The notes under the pieces are model-generated. The model had not been told where the DNA came from and did no database searches. It worked only from the letters and a program-made list of their open reading frames with translations. A program made the translations under genes and the position numbers. Positions 43,008-54,094 of a stretch of DNA of 64,000 bases are shown here, piece after piece. The stretch is from Alphaproteobacteria bacterium (GTDB lineage: Bacteria > Pseudomonadota > Alphaproteobacteria > Bin95): contig OZ219786.1 of NCBI GenBank assembly GCA_964291285.2, positions 640,001 to 704,000 of the forward strand, written 5' to 3'. Each line of letters begins with the position of its first letter. The stretch's first letter is position 1.

Positions 43008-44804
43008 GTGCCGGTCATGGCGAGGTTTCTGTTTGCGGGTGTTTGGGTTGATCTTCGCGCGGTCACGGTGCGCCCGACCTGGGGGGCACGGGAGCACCGG
43101 CGCTGGGACGATTTGGTAGCGGCGCACCACTATCTGCGGTTCCACGGCATCATCGGCAAGGGTCTGCGCCATGTCGCGGTTCATGGCGAGGCCTGGCTTG
43201 CCCTGGTTGGCTGGCAGCCTGGAGCGTTCAAGGTGGGAGCGCGGGACCGCTGGATCGGGTGGTCGGCGGAGCAGCAGTTCCGTCGCCTGCATCTGGTTGC
43301 CAACAACTCGCGCTTTGTCATCCTGACGCCTGAGCGGGTTCCCAACCTTGCCTCGCGGGTGCTGGGGCTGAGCGTGCGGCGGCTGTCGCAGGACCTGCGG
43401 GCGGCGCATGGCTATCCGGCTGTTGTGGCGGAGACGTTTGTGGACGTCTCGCGCTTCGCCGGCACCTGCTACCGCGCGGCCAACTGGCGCTCTCTGGGTC
43501 TGACGCGCGGCTTTGCCCGCGAGCCCGGAGGGGTGGCGCGCTGGCGTCACCACGGCCAGCCCAAGGAGGTCTTCGTGTTCGAACTGACACACGGCGCCCC
43601 CGAGGCGCTGAGCCATCCCGAGATACCGGCAGACTGGAACGCTGAGCAGCACACCGAGCCGATGGCGGCGCCCCGGCTGCGCAGCCTGTTCGAGTGTTTG
43701 GGCGAGGTGCCCGAATACCGCCATGCCCGGGGCAAGCGCTATGCGCTCACCACCATTCTGACGCTGGCCGTTGCCGCCCGGCTTGCCGGATACCGGGGTG
43801 TGAACGCCTTCGCCCAGTTCGCCGCCCTGCTCTCCCAGAAGCAACTCAAGGCGGTGGGCGCCTTCTGGAGCCCATCCAGGCAGTGCTACACGCCGCCGGC
43901 GGTCACCACCTTCCACAACATCCTCGCCGCCCTGCCGCCACAGACCCTGGACAATGCCATCGGCCAGTGGGCCGGACAGCACAGCAGTGCGCACGCGCCT
44001 GTGGCCATGGACGGAAAGGATTTGCGCGGTGCCTCGAAGCAGACCGAAGACCGGCGCAGGAGGATGGTCGCTGCGGTGGCGCATGACACCGGCGTGGTCC
44101 TCGGGCAGGTCGAAGTCAGCTCCAAAAGCAACGAAATCCCGGCCGTGCGCGAACTTTCCAGCGGTCTCGACCTCACAGGCCGGATCGTCACCATCGATGC
44201 GATGCACGCCCAGCACGAGACCGCGCGTTGCCTGCTCGAACGCCGTGCCGACTACGTGGTCAGCGCGGTGAAGGGCAACCAGCAGACCATCCTCGAAGAC
44301 CTCAAGGCGATCGACTTCAGCGATGCGCCCTGGCACGAAACCGTCGACAAGGGCCATGGTCGCATTGAGCGCCGACGCTGCGCCGTCGTCGACCTCTGCG
44401 CTGCCGAGTGGGACGGCTACGCCCACCTTCACGGGCGCCGCCAGGCAATGCGCATGGAACGCGAGCGCAAGATGCTCAAAACCGGCAAGCGCAGCATCGA
44501 GGTCACCTGGAGCCTGACGTCGCTTGGCGCAGAGCGAGCCGGCCCCAAGGAGCTTCTCGATCTGGTGCGCAACCACTGGCACATCGAGAACCGTGTGCAC
44601 TATGTGCGTGACTTCACCTATGACGAAGACCGTTGCCGGGCATATGTGCGCCACCTGCCCGGAAATCTGGCCTGCTTGAGCAACGCGGCCATCGCTATCG
44701 TGCGCTGCGACGGACGCTTCCGATATGTACCCGAGGCCAACCGGCACTACGCCGCCCGCGCCCAAGAGGCCCTCGACGCGATTATGATCGCGCCCAGCGG
44801 CTGA
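43008..44804 (+). CDS. DUF4338 (DruA-like) domain fused to ISAs1-family transposase
   Basis: N-terminal HHYL, RDRWIGWS, NNSRFVIL, PNLASRVL, ETFVD, GTCYRAANW; C-terminal MDGKDLRG, KSNEIPA, TIDAMH, VKGNQ, HWHIENRVHYVRD. Confidence 0.87.
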   Translation: MPVMARFLFAGVWVDLRAVTVRPTWGAREHRRWDDLVAAHHYLRFHGIIGKGLRHVAVHGEAWLALVGWQPGAFKVGARDRWIGWSAEQQFRRLHLVANNSRFVILTPERVPNLASRVLGLSVRRLSQDLRAAHGYPAVVAETFVDVSRFAGTCYRAANWRSLGLTRGFAREPGGVARWRHHGQPKEVFVFELTHGAPEALSHPEIPADWNAEQHTEPMAAPRLRSLFECLGEVPEYRHARGKRYALTTILTLAVAARLAGYRGVNAFAQFAALLSQKQLKAVGAFWSPSRQCYTPPAVTTFHNILAALPPQTLDNAIGQWAGQHSSAHAPVAMDGKDLRGASKQTEDRRRRMVAAVAHDTGVVLGQVEVSSKSNEIPAVRELSSGLDLTGRIVTIDAMHAQHETARCLLERRADYVVSAVKGNQQTILEDLKAIDFSDAPWHETVDKGHGRIERRRCAVVDLCAAEWDGYAHLHGRRQAMRMERERKMLKTGKRSIEVTWSLTSLGAERAGPKELLDLVRNHWHIENRVHYVRDFTYDEDRCRAYVRHLPGNLACLSNAAIAIVRCDGRFRYVPEANRHYAARAQEALDAIMIAPSG

Positions 44805-44973
44805 TACCCCACCCCCCACCGCAATACAGGCTCGGGCCGAAGAACGGCGCAGCAAAACAACTGCGCCCGTCGAGGACGAAAACACTGGACCGCGGCATCA
44901 AGAAACCACCATGACGGCGGCCAGAAACGTCTGGGGTTCCCCAAAACACCGGCAGCCAGACCGAAATCACTCA

Positions 44974-45904
44974 GAGCCTGACCCAAAAAGAGTTGAGCGG
45001 TTTCAAGGGATTGTGATTCAGTTCGGTTATGCATCTGAACGGAGCCACGAATGCCCTGGACCGAAACCGCTCGCCGGGAGTATCGGCGGGACTGCCCACG
45101 ATATGCAAGCGATCTGACCGACGCTGAGTGGTCTCTGATCGAGCCCTTCATGCCGTTGCCCTGCCGTATCGGTCGCCCGCGCCAGACCGATCTGCGCGAG
45201 GTCGTAAATGCGGTGCTGTATATGGCCACGACCGGTTGTCAGTGGCGCCAGCTGCCGAAGGACTTTCCGCCGGTCTCGACGGTGCAGCGCTATTTCTACG
45301 AGTGGCGCGACAACAGGCTGTGGCAGACGATCCGGTTCCACCTGGCCGTGCAGGCGCGCGAACGCGAGGGGCGCGAGGCCCAGCCGAGCGCGGGCGTGAT
45401 CGACAGCCAGACGGTGAAAACCACGGAGGCAGGCGGGGTTAGCGGCTATGACGCCGGCAAGAAGGTCAAAGGGCGCAAGCGCCACGCTGTCGTCGACACC
45501 ATCGGCATGCTCTTCGGCCTCGTCGTACATGCCGCCGACGTTCAGGACCGCGACGGCGCCCCGGCCGTGCTGAAATCCATCCGCCACGCCTGCCCCTGGC
45601 TGCGTCATCTGTTCGCCGATGGCGGATATGCCGGGCCGAAACTGCGCGGCGCCCTCGACAGGATCGGCAAGTGGACGCTCGAAATCGTCAAACGCTCCGA
45701 CACCGCCAACGGCTTCGAAGTCCTCCCCGGACGATGGGTCGTCGAACGCACCTTCGCATGGCTCGGGCGCTGCCGCAGGCTGGCAAAAGACTGGGAAAAA
45801 TCCATCGCCTCAAGCGAAGCATGGATCAACATCGCCCATATCCGGCTCACAACACGCCGACTCGCAAGGCCTTGAAAAACTTCAGCGAGTTTCGAGTCAG
45901 GCTC
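44974..45904 (+). mobile_element. IS5-family element (IS1031-like)
   Basis: inverted repeats GAGCCTGAC/GTCAGGCTC; TCA at 44971-44973 and 45905-45907. Confidence 0.9.
45051..45875 (+). CDS. IS5-family transposase
   Basis: YASDLTDAEW, GCQWRQLP, IDSQTVK, GRKRH, ADGGY, RWVVERTFAW. Confidence 0.93.
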   Translation: MPWTETARREYRRDCPRYASDLTDAEWSLIEPFMPLPCRIGRPRQTDLREVVNAVLYMATTGCQWRQLPKDFPPVSTVQRYFYEWRDNRLWQTIRFHLAVQAREREGREAQPSAGVIDSQTVKTTEAGGVSGYDAGKKVKGRKRHAVVDTIGMLFGLVVHAADVQDRDGAPAVLKSIRHACPWLRHLFADGGYAGPKLRGALDRIGKWTLEIVKRSDTANGFEVLPGRWVVERTFAWLGRCRRLAKDWEKSIASSEAWINIAHIRLTTRRLARP

Positions 45905-45930
45905 TCAGCTCGACTTTGTACAAAATTACC

Positions 45931-46218
45931 TCACGTCCATGTCCAGAAGATCTCGTTTTTGGCGATTTCGTCGAGGGCCTGTTCGAGCGGGAGCACGATG
46001 CCCCCCATGTCTCCGACGTCCTGCCAGGACTGGCGCCAGGACCAGTAGCGCACCCTCATCTTGTCACCTGAGCCTTTCGGCTGGAGCCTTGCGATCGGTG
46101 CCTGCGTGGCCGTGAGATACAGATTGTAGCCGCCGCGCACCCTGGTGACCGTCACGCCCCCGCCCCTGGATTTGTTGAACGCTTCGATGCGCGCCAGACA
46201 GGGGTCGGATGCGGCCAT
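45931..46218 (-). CDS. small hypothetical passenger protein (95 aa) inside the IS701-like element
   Basis: MAASDPCLARIEAF...APIARL...RVRYW...ALDEIAKNEIFWTWT; possibly DUF3024-like (uncertain). Confidence 0.65.
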   Translation of the reverse strand: MAASDPCLARIEAFNKSRGGGVTVTRVRGGYNLYLTATQAPIARLQPKGSGDKMRVRYWSWRQSWQDVGDMGGIVLPLEQALDEIAKNEIFWTWT

Positions 46219-46327
46219 GAAGCAGTGATATCGGATTGGATGGCTTCTGTCGCTGCAGCGATGCTGATTCACCCGGTCGCATGCGGGCGCCCTTGCATGC
46301 CGGATGCTTCTGGATTCGAAGGTCGTC

Positions 46328-47710
46328 ATGACACATTTCGACGACCCTTCGAGCGCCATCGGCGATCCGGTTCCGCCGTTCCTGATCGACTGGCTGGAGC
46401 CCTTTCGAGGCGCCTTCTCATCCCCGACCTGGCGGCTGGTGGCGGTTCTGGTCATGGGAGCGTTGCTGGCGCCGGGCAAGAGAACCGTGTCGGCCTGCCT
46501 GCGGGTGACCGGGCGGGCGATGTGCGAGACATTCTCGTCCTACCATCAGGTTCTCAATCGCGCCCGCTGGGACCCGCGTGACCTTTCACGCCGGCTCGTG
46601 CTCGTGCTGGTGGCGCGGCTTGCCGGGCAGGGACCGATCATCATCGGGCTCGATGACACCATCGAGCGCCGCTGGGGCGCGCGTATCAAGGCGCGCGGCA
46701 TCTATCGCGACCCGGTGCGTTCCAGCCATGGCCATTTCGTCAAGACCAGCGGGCTGCGCTGGCTCAGCTTCATGCTGCTTGTCCCGCTGCCCTGGTCGCC
46801 GGGCATCAGGGCCCTGCCCTTCCTGACCATCCTGGCCCCGTCCGAACGCTTCGCCGCCAGGCAAGGCCGGCGTCACAAGCAACTCACCGACTGGGCGCGA
46901 CAGGGCATGCTTCAAATCCTTCGCTGGGTCCCGCAACGCGCGATCGTCTTCGTCGCCGACAGCAGTTTCGGAACCCACGAACTCGCCTGGCGCATCGGAC
47001 AGCGCGCAACCCTCATCAGCAGGCTGAGGCTCGATGCCAACCTCTTCGCGCCCCCGCCGCCGCGCGACCCGAACAAACGCGGTCGACCCCGGCAAAAGGG
47101 GCCGCCCCTGCCCAAGCTCCAGACCCGCCTTGACGACCCCGATGCCCGCTGGACAAGCATCACGCTTCCGCGCTGGTACGGAAGTTCGAAGGAAAAGACA
47201 CTCCAGATCATCTCCGATACCGCGCTCTGGTATCGTCCCGGCACACCTCCCAAGGCCATCCGATGGGTGCTGGTGCGAGACCCGGAAGGCGAGCGGGACC
47301 CGCAGGCGTTCTTCTGCACCGACACCAACATGGAGCCGGCCAAGATCATCGCCACCTTCGTGCGGCGCTGGCAGGTCGAGGTCACCTTCCAGGAACTGCG
47401 CGCCCATCTCGGGCTCGAAACACAACGCCAGTGGTCACACGCGGCGATCGCACGAACCACCCCCGTCCTCTGCGGGCTCTACAGCCTCGTCTGCCTCTGG
47501 GCCACAGACGTGCTCTCGACAAACCACCTGTCCTACGCCGCCGCCTGGTACCAGAAAACCAGCGTCACATTCTCCGATGCAATCGCGGCCATACGATGCC
47601 AACTCTGGCTTGGAAACAATTTATCGCGCTCCCCGCCACACCGGGAACCAAACATAATTCCGCCCGACAAGATAAGGCGGATGCAGTACGCCCTCTGCTT
47701 CGCAGCATAA
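46328..47710 (+). CDS. IS701-family (DDE_5) transposase
   Basis: IGLDDTIERRWG, VADSSF, RLRLDA, RRWQVEVTFQE. Confidence 0.85.
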   Translation: MTHFDDPSSAIGDPVPPFLIDWLEPFRGAFSSPTWRLVAVLVMGALLAPGKRTVSACLRVTGRAMCETFSSYHQVLNRARWDPRDLSRRLVLVLVARLAGQGPIIIGLDDTIERRWGARIKARGIYRDPVRSSHGHFVKTSGLRWLSFMLLVPLPWSPGIRALPFLTILAPSERFAARQGRRHKQLTDWARQGMLQILRWVPQRAIVFVADSSFGTHELAWRIGQRATLISRLRLDANLFAPPPPRDPNKRGRPRQKGPPLPKLQTRLDDPDARWTSITLPRWYGSSKEKTLQIISDTALWYRPGTPPKAIRWVLVRDPEGERDPQAFFCTDTNMEPAKIIATFVRRWQVEVTFQELRAHLGLETQRQWSHAAIARTTPVLCGLYSLVCLWATDVLSTNHLSYAAAWYQKTSVTFSDAIAAIRCQLWLGNNLSRSPPHREPNIIPPDKIRRMQYALCFAA

Positions 47711-47901
47711 TGCACAAAGTCGAGCTCAGACAAAGCCCGCGGTTCGACTAAAAATTTTCCCTGCTTGAGCGCCTTGACGCGGGCCTCGGTAAGGGCGATT
47801 CTGGGCATGTGCATTCTCCCGTTTCCTGTGGCAATCGGGGAGCCCGGCGCTTGCGGAACCGTCCCGATTGCCACTGTTTTCGAGAGAAAAACGACGCTAT
47901 A

Positions 47902-48531
47902 TCAAATAGTTAGCACCGAAGGTGCGCGGGCGGTGTGGCCCGCCGGCCCCGCGTCTTCGAGCGCGTCTTCCAATGCCCGCCAGGACCGGAAGACGGGGCA
48001 GGCATGGACGAGGCCGACCGGGCCGAACCGGGTCTCGACCCGCGCGGAGAAGGGCAGGACCTTCAGCATGTCCATCCAGGCGCGCACGCTGTCTTCCGGG
48101 CTCCGCTCACGCCACCAGCCGCCGCCGTTCATCCGCCAGAGGCCCCAGGGGCCGCCCGCCCTGCGCAGCCCGCCGGGCGGCGGCAGGGGCGAGGAGGCGA
48201 GCGCCTCCAGCATCATCTGCTCGTGATTGCCGCGGACCACGAGGTCGAAGCGGGCCGACGGGTCCCTGCCCGCGATCCATGTCCTGGCCTCGAAGGAGTC
48301 CGGTCCGCGGTCGATCAGGTCGCCGAGCGAGAACAGCCGGTCGCCCTGCCCGAATTCCAGCCCGGCCAGCGCCCGGCGCAGCGTGGCGAAATGGCCGTGA
48401 ACATCGCCGACGACAAGGTCGCGGCCATTCCGGTTCGGCCCGAGGCTCACGCTGAGCGCCGCGCCGGGCGGAGAGAAGCTGTCGAGTCTCACGGGGCTGC
48501 CGCCTTTCCTGCTGCGAGTGAAGCGGAACAT
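47902..48531 (-). pseudogene. metallophosphoesterase (PrpA/lambda-phosphatase-like), probably 3'-truncated
   Basis: GDVHG, GDLIDRG, RGNHE, LVHA; ends abruptly in AT-richer sequence next to the integrase leader. Confidence 0.72.
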
Positions 48532-48641
48532 AGGACAGCCTGGGCGCGAGGCCAGCGCCGAAGTCCGGTATTCCGGCCGGGTGCGGCGGCGCCGGACGGG
48601 CGCTATGCTGGACGGGCGCACGATGCCCGGAGACGACGCCC

Positions 48642-49607
48642 GTGAGACCCTATTCCGCTGCCGCCGGATGGCGCGGGGAGCCGCGCTACCCCGACCCGCT
48701 GATCGAAATCCTGGACCCGCGCTTCGAGCGCTACCGCATCTTCAGCGCGGCCGTGGAGCGGCTCTGGACGGGATGCCGCTGGGCCGAAGGGCCGGTCTGG
48801 TTCGGCGACGGGCGCTGCCTGCTCTGGTCCGACATCCCCAACAACCGCATCCTGAAGTGGGAAGAGGAAACCGGGCGGGTCTCGCTCTGGCGCCGGCCGA
48901 CGGACTTCGCCAACGGCCACACCCGCGACCTGCAGGGGCGGCTGGTGACCTGCGAGCATGGCGGGCGGCGCGTCACGCGCACCGAATATGACGGCAGCGT
49001 CACCGTGCTAGCCGACAACTGGCAGGGCAGGCGGCTCAACTCCCCCAACGATGTCGTGGTGAAGTCCGACGGCTCCGTCTGGTTCACCGACCCGCTGTTC
49101 GGGATCCTCGGCGACTACGAAGGCCACAAGTCCGAGAGCGAGACGCCGATGGCCGTCTATCGCCTCGACGGCGCGACCGGGGAGATGCGCCTCGTCGCCG
49201 ACGATATCGCCGGGCCGAACGGGCTCTGCTTCTCCCCGGACGAGAGCATTCTCTACATCGTCGAATCCCGCGGCGAGCCGACCCGCAAGATCCTCGCCTA
49301 CGATGTGGGCGGGGACGGCGCGCTCTCCGGCCGGCGCGTGGCGATCGACGCCGGCCCCGGCGGCACGCCGGACGGGATGCGCGCCGATATCGACGGCAAT
49401 CTCTGGTGCGGCTGGGGCATGGGTTCGGCCGAACTCGACGGCGTGATGGTGTTCGCCCCGGACGGCGCGCCCATCGGCCGGATCGCCCTGCCGGAGCGCT
49501 GCGCGAATGTCTGTTTCGGCGGCCGCAAGCGCAACCGGCTGTTCATGGCGGCCAGCCGGTCGCTCTACGCGGTCTATGTCAACACGCAGGGCGCGCACCA
49601 CGTCTGA
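48642..49607 (+). CDS. SMP-30/gluconolactonase family protein
   Basis: WAEGPVW, LNSPND, GPNGLCFSPD, PDGMRAD. Confidence 0.92.
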   Translation: MRPYSAAAGWRGEPRYPDPLIEILDPRFERYRIFSAAVERLWTGCRWAEGPVWFGDGRCLLWSDIPNNRILKWEEETGRVSLWRRPTDFANGHTRDLQGRLVTCEHGGRRVTRTEYDGSVTVLADNWQGRRLNSPNDVVVKSDGSVWFTDPLFGILGDYEGHKSESETPMAVYRLDGATGEMRLVADDIAGPNGLCFSPDESILYIVESRGEPTRKILAYDVGGDGALSGRRVAIDAGPGGTPDGMRADIDGNLWCGWGMGSAELDGVMVFAPDGAPIGRIALPERCANVCFGGRKRNRLFMAASRSLYAVYVNTQGAHHV

Positions 49608-49618
49608 CCGGCGCGGCC

Positions 49619-50392
49619 ATGCTTGAGGCGCTGGACGGCGTCTCGGCGGCCGGGCTGGCGGTTGCCGGCGGGGCGGCTGTCGCCGGCGGGCTCGTCAGGG
49701 GGTTCACCGGCTTCGGCGGGGCGCTGGTGATGGTGCCCGTGCTGAGTCTGGTGCTGGGGCCGGGCGCGGCGCTGGCCGCGGTCTGCGCTTCGGGTGTGCC
49801 GGTCATCCTGCAATTGCTGCCGGCGGCGCTGCGCCACGGCGAACGCGGCTTCGTGCTGCCCTTCGCAGCCGCCGCCTTCGCGGCCGCCCCGGCGGGAACC
49901 TGGGTCCTGGTCGCGGTCCCGCCCGCCGCCATGAAGATCGCCATATCGCTCGCCGTGCTGGCGATGACGGCGATGATGGCCTGGGGCTGGCGCTTCCCCG
50001 CCCGCGCCGGCGCCGCCGTCATGGCGGGGCTCGGCGCAGCGGCCGGCCTGGTGCAGGGTGCGACGGGCGTCGGCGGGCCGCCGGCCGTCGCCGCCGCGCT
50101 CGCCCGGCACGGTTCCCCGGAAACCCAGCGCGGCAATGTCATCGGCGCGGTCTCCGCGCTCGGCCTCTGCGCGGCGGTCCCCTACTGGTTCCACGGCCTG
50201 TTCACCCTGGAGGCGCTGGCCGTCGCCGCTGTGATCCTGCCGGCCTATATCGGCTCCACCTGGGTCGGCATCCGGCTTTTCGCGGGCCGGGGCAAGGCCT
50301 GGTACCGCCGTGCGGCGCTCGCCGTGCTGGCGGCGGTCGGCCTTGCCACGCTCGCTTTCGCGCTGCATGACTACGTCCCGGCGGCAGGATAA
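49619..50392 (+). CDS. TauE/SafE-family membrane exporter
   Basis: GLVRGFTGFGGAL, GATGVGGPP, hydrophobic. Confidence 0.85.
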   Translation: MLEALDGVSAAGLAVAGGAAVAGGLVRGFTGFGGALVMVPVLSLVLGPGAALAAVCASGVPVILQLLPAALRHGERGFVLPFAAAAFAAAPAGTWVLVAVPPAAMKIAISLAVLAMTAMMAWGWRFPARAGAAVMAGLGAAAGLVQGATGVGGPPAVAAALARHGSPETQRGNVIGAVSALGLCAAVPYWFHGLFTLEALAVAAVILPAYIGSTWVGIRLFAGRGKAWYRRAALAVLAAVGLATLAFALHDYVPAAG

Positions 50393-50406
50393 GGAGGACA
50401 CATTCC

Positions 50407-50754
50407 GTGACCGTCACCATCTGGCACAATCCGCGCTGCAGCAAGTCGCGGCAGACGCTGGCGCTGCTGCGCGAGCGCGGCGTCGAACCGGAGATCGTCG
50501 AATATCTGAAGACGCCGCCTCCGGCCGACGAGCTTGAGGCGGTGCTGGAAAAACTCGGCATGGAGCCGCGCGACCTCATGCGCCGCAAGGAGGCGGCCTA
50601 CCGCGAAGCCGGCCTCGACGATCCCGAGCTCGGGCGCCGCGCGCTCGTCGAGGCGATGGCTGCGCATCCTGTTCTTATCGAACGGCCCGTCGTGCTGGCG
50701 GCAGGGAAAGCCGCGCTCGGCCGCCCGCCCGAGAGTGTGCTCGACATCCTGTAG
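50407..50754 (+). CDS. arsC: arsenate reductase (glutaredoxin type)
   Basis: HNPRCSKSR, LIERPVV, GRPPE. Confidence 0.92.
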   Translation: MTVTIWHNPRCSKSRQTLALLRERGVEPEIVEYLKTPPPADELEAVLEKLGMEPRDLMRRKEAAYREAGLDDPELGRRALVEAMAAHPVLIERPVVLAAGKAALGRPPESVLDIL

Positions 50755-50757
50755 CGC

Positions 50758-52566
<1,809 letters not shown>

Positions 52567-52621
52567 GGCGGCGCGGTATAGCAACCGCCCCGGCGCATGG
52601 GCAAGCGGGCGCCGGGGGCGG

Positions 52622-54094
52622 CTATCCGTCTCCGCTGCTATCGGGCGCGGCCAGCAGGCGACGGAGGATCTTGCCGACGGGGGATTTCGGGATTTCGTCG
52701 ATGAAGACATAACGGCGCGGGCGCTTGAAGTCGGCGAGCGCGCTTGCCTTGCAGTGGGCGTCGAGGGCCTCGGCAGTCGCCTCGCCCCGGGTCACGACGA
52801 AGGCGGCGACGATATGGCCCCAGCGCTCGTCGGGCAGGCCGGCGACGGCGACTTCCGCCACCGCCGGATGCAGCGACAGCACGCTCTCGATCTCCACCGG
52901 CGAGACGTTCTCGCCGCCGGTGACGATCATGTCGTCCACGCGGCCGGTGACGAACAGGTCTCCGTCCTCGTCCAGCCGGCCGGTGTCGCCCGTATGGTAC
53001 CAGCCGTCCCGCAGCGCGCGGGCATCCGCATCCGAACGCCGCCAGTAGCCCTCGAAGGCTTCGTCGCTGGCAAGCGCCGCCAGAATTTCCCCTTCTTCGC
53101 CGGGCGCGGCATCGCAGGTCCCGTCGAGGCTCCGCACGCGGATGCGCTGGTTGAGACCCGCCTTGCCGGCCGAGCCCGGCTTGGCGGGCGCGTCCGGGCA
53201 GACGGTGAAGGTGTAGATCTCCGAGGAGCCGTAATGGTTGACGAACAGCTCCGGCTCGAAGGCCTCGTCCAGCCTTTGCAGCAGGCCGTCCGTCATCGAG
53301 GCGCCGGCGAAGCCGAGCTTGCGGACCGACCGCACCCGCCCGCGCGAGAAGGCCGGATGCGCCAGCAGGTCGTGATAGAGCGTCGGCGCCAGATAGAGCG
53401 CGGTCACGCCCTCCGCCTCGATCAGGTCGAGCGCGATGCCGGGATCGAAGCGCGGCTGGCAGACGAAGACGCCGTCCACCAGCGCGGACGCCAGCAGCGA
53501 GCGCACGCCCATGGTGTGGTAGAGCGGCATGACGCCGAGCGCGACCTCGCCCGGCGCATAGCGGTTCTGCGCGACATGGGCGATGGCGGCGGCCCGCTCC
53601 GCGCGGTGGCGGCGCGGCACGCCCTTCGGCCGGCCCGTCGTGCCGGAGGTGTAGAGCATGACCGACCAGTCCTCGGCCGACGCCGCCGGCGTTGCGGGCG
53701 GCGCTTGCAGCAGGGCGTCCAGCGCCGGCCCGGCCTCGATGCGGCGGATGGACTGCGCGCGGGGCGAGGCCGCGACCGCCTCCGCCGCCGCCGGCCCGAA
53801 GACCACCGTGTCGGCCTCGGCGTCGGCGAGGCAGTAGTCGATCTCCTCGCCCTTGAGCCGCCAGTTGAGCGGCACGATCAGCTTGCCCGCTAGCTGGCAG
53901 GCTCAGTGCAGGGTCGCGGCATCGAGCGTGTTCTGGAGCACGGTTGCGACCCGCCGGCCCTCCAGCCCGCCCGCAAGCCGGAGCGCGCGGTCGAGCCACG
54001 CCCCGTAGGTCAGCCTGTCCGCGCCGGCGGTGACGGCCAGCCGGTCCGGCGCCCGCTCGGCGGCTTGCACGAGGGCCGTGCCGACATCAAGCAT
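52622..54094 (-). pseudogene. acyl-CoA synthetase (HmfD-like furoyl-CoA synthetase) with in-frame TGA at 53903-53905
   Basis: YTSGTTGRPKG, YGSSE, TGD, GRVDD; reads ATLH*ACQLAGKLIVPLNWR in one frame. Confidence 0.82.

Larger units (their letters stand above)
45908..47725 (+). mobile_element. IS701-like element with passenger gene
   Basis: inverted repeats GCTCGACTTTGT / ACAAAGTCGAGC; flanked by TCA (or by CTCAG if the ends are 1 bp shorter). Confidence 0.82.
42930..47763 (+). mobile_element. ISAs1-family element containing two nested IS
   Basis: ends CAGGGCGAATT / AAATTTTCCCTG; 10-bp duplication CTTGAGCGCC at 42920-42929 and 47764-47773. Confidence 0.9.
41840..47808 (-). pseudogene. second tandem tyrosine integrase, split after about codon 15 by nested IS elements
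   Basis: MPRIALTEARVKALK at 47808-47764 joins PRRNARDIRDAKLRGFGVRV at 42919; body has LLLLTGCR, HDLRH, LGH, TLKY. Confidence 0.9.

Noticed and set aside
40628-47915. GTTAGC motifs as integron attC/attI sites
   Set aside because: No attC-like palindromes or cassette array, and the integrases have arm-binding domains rather than IntI features
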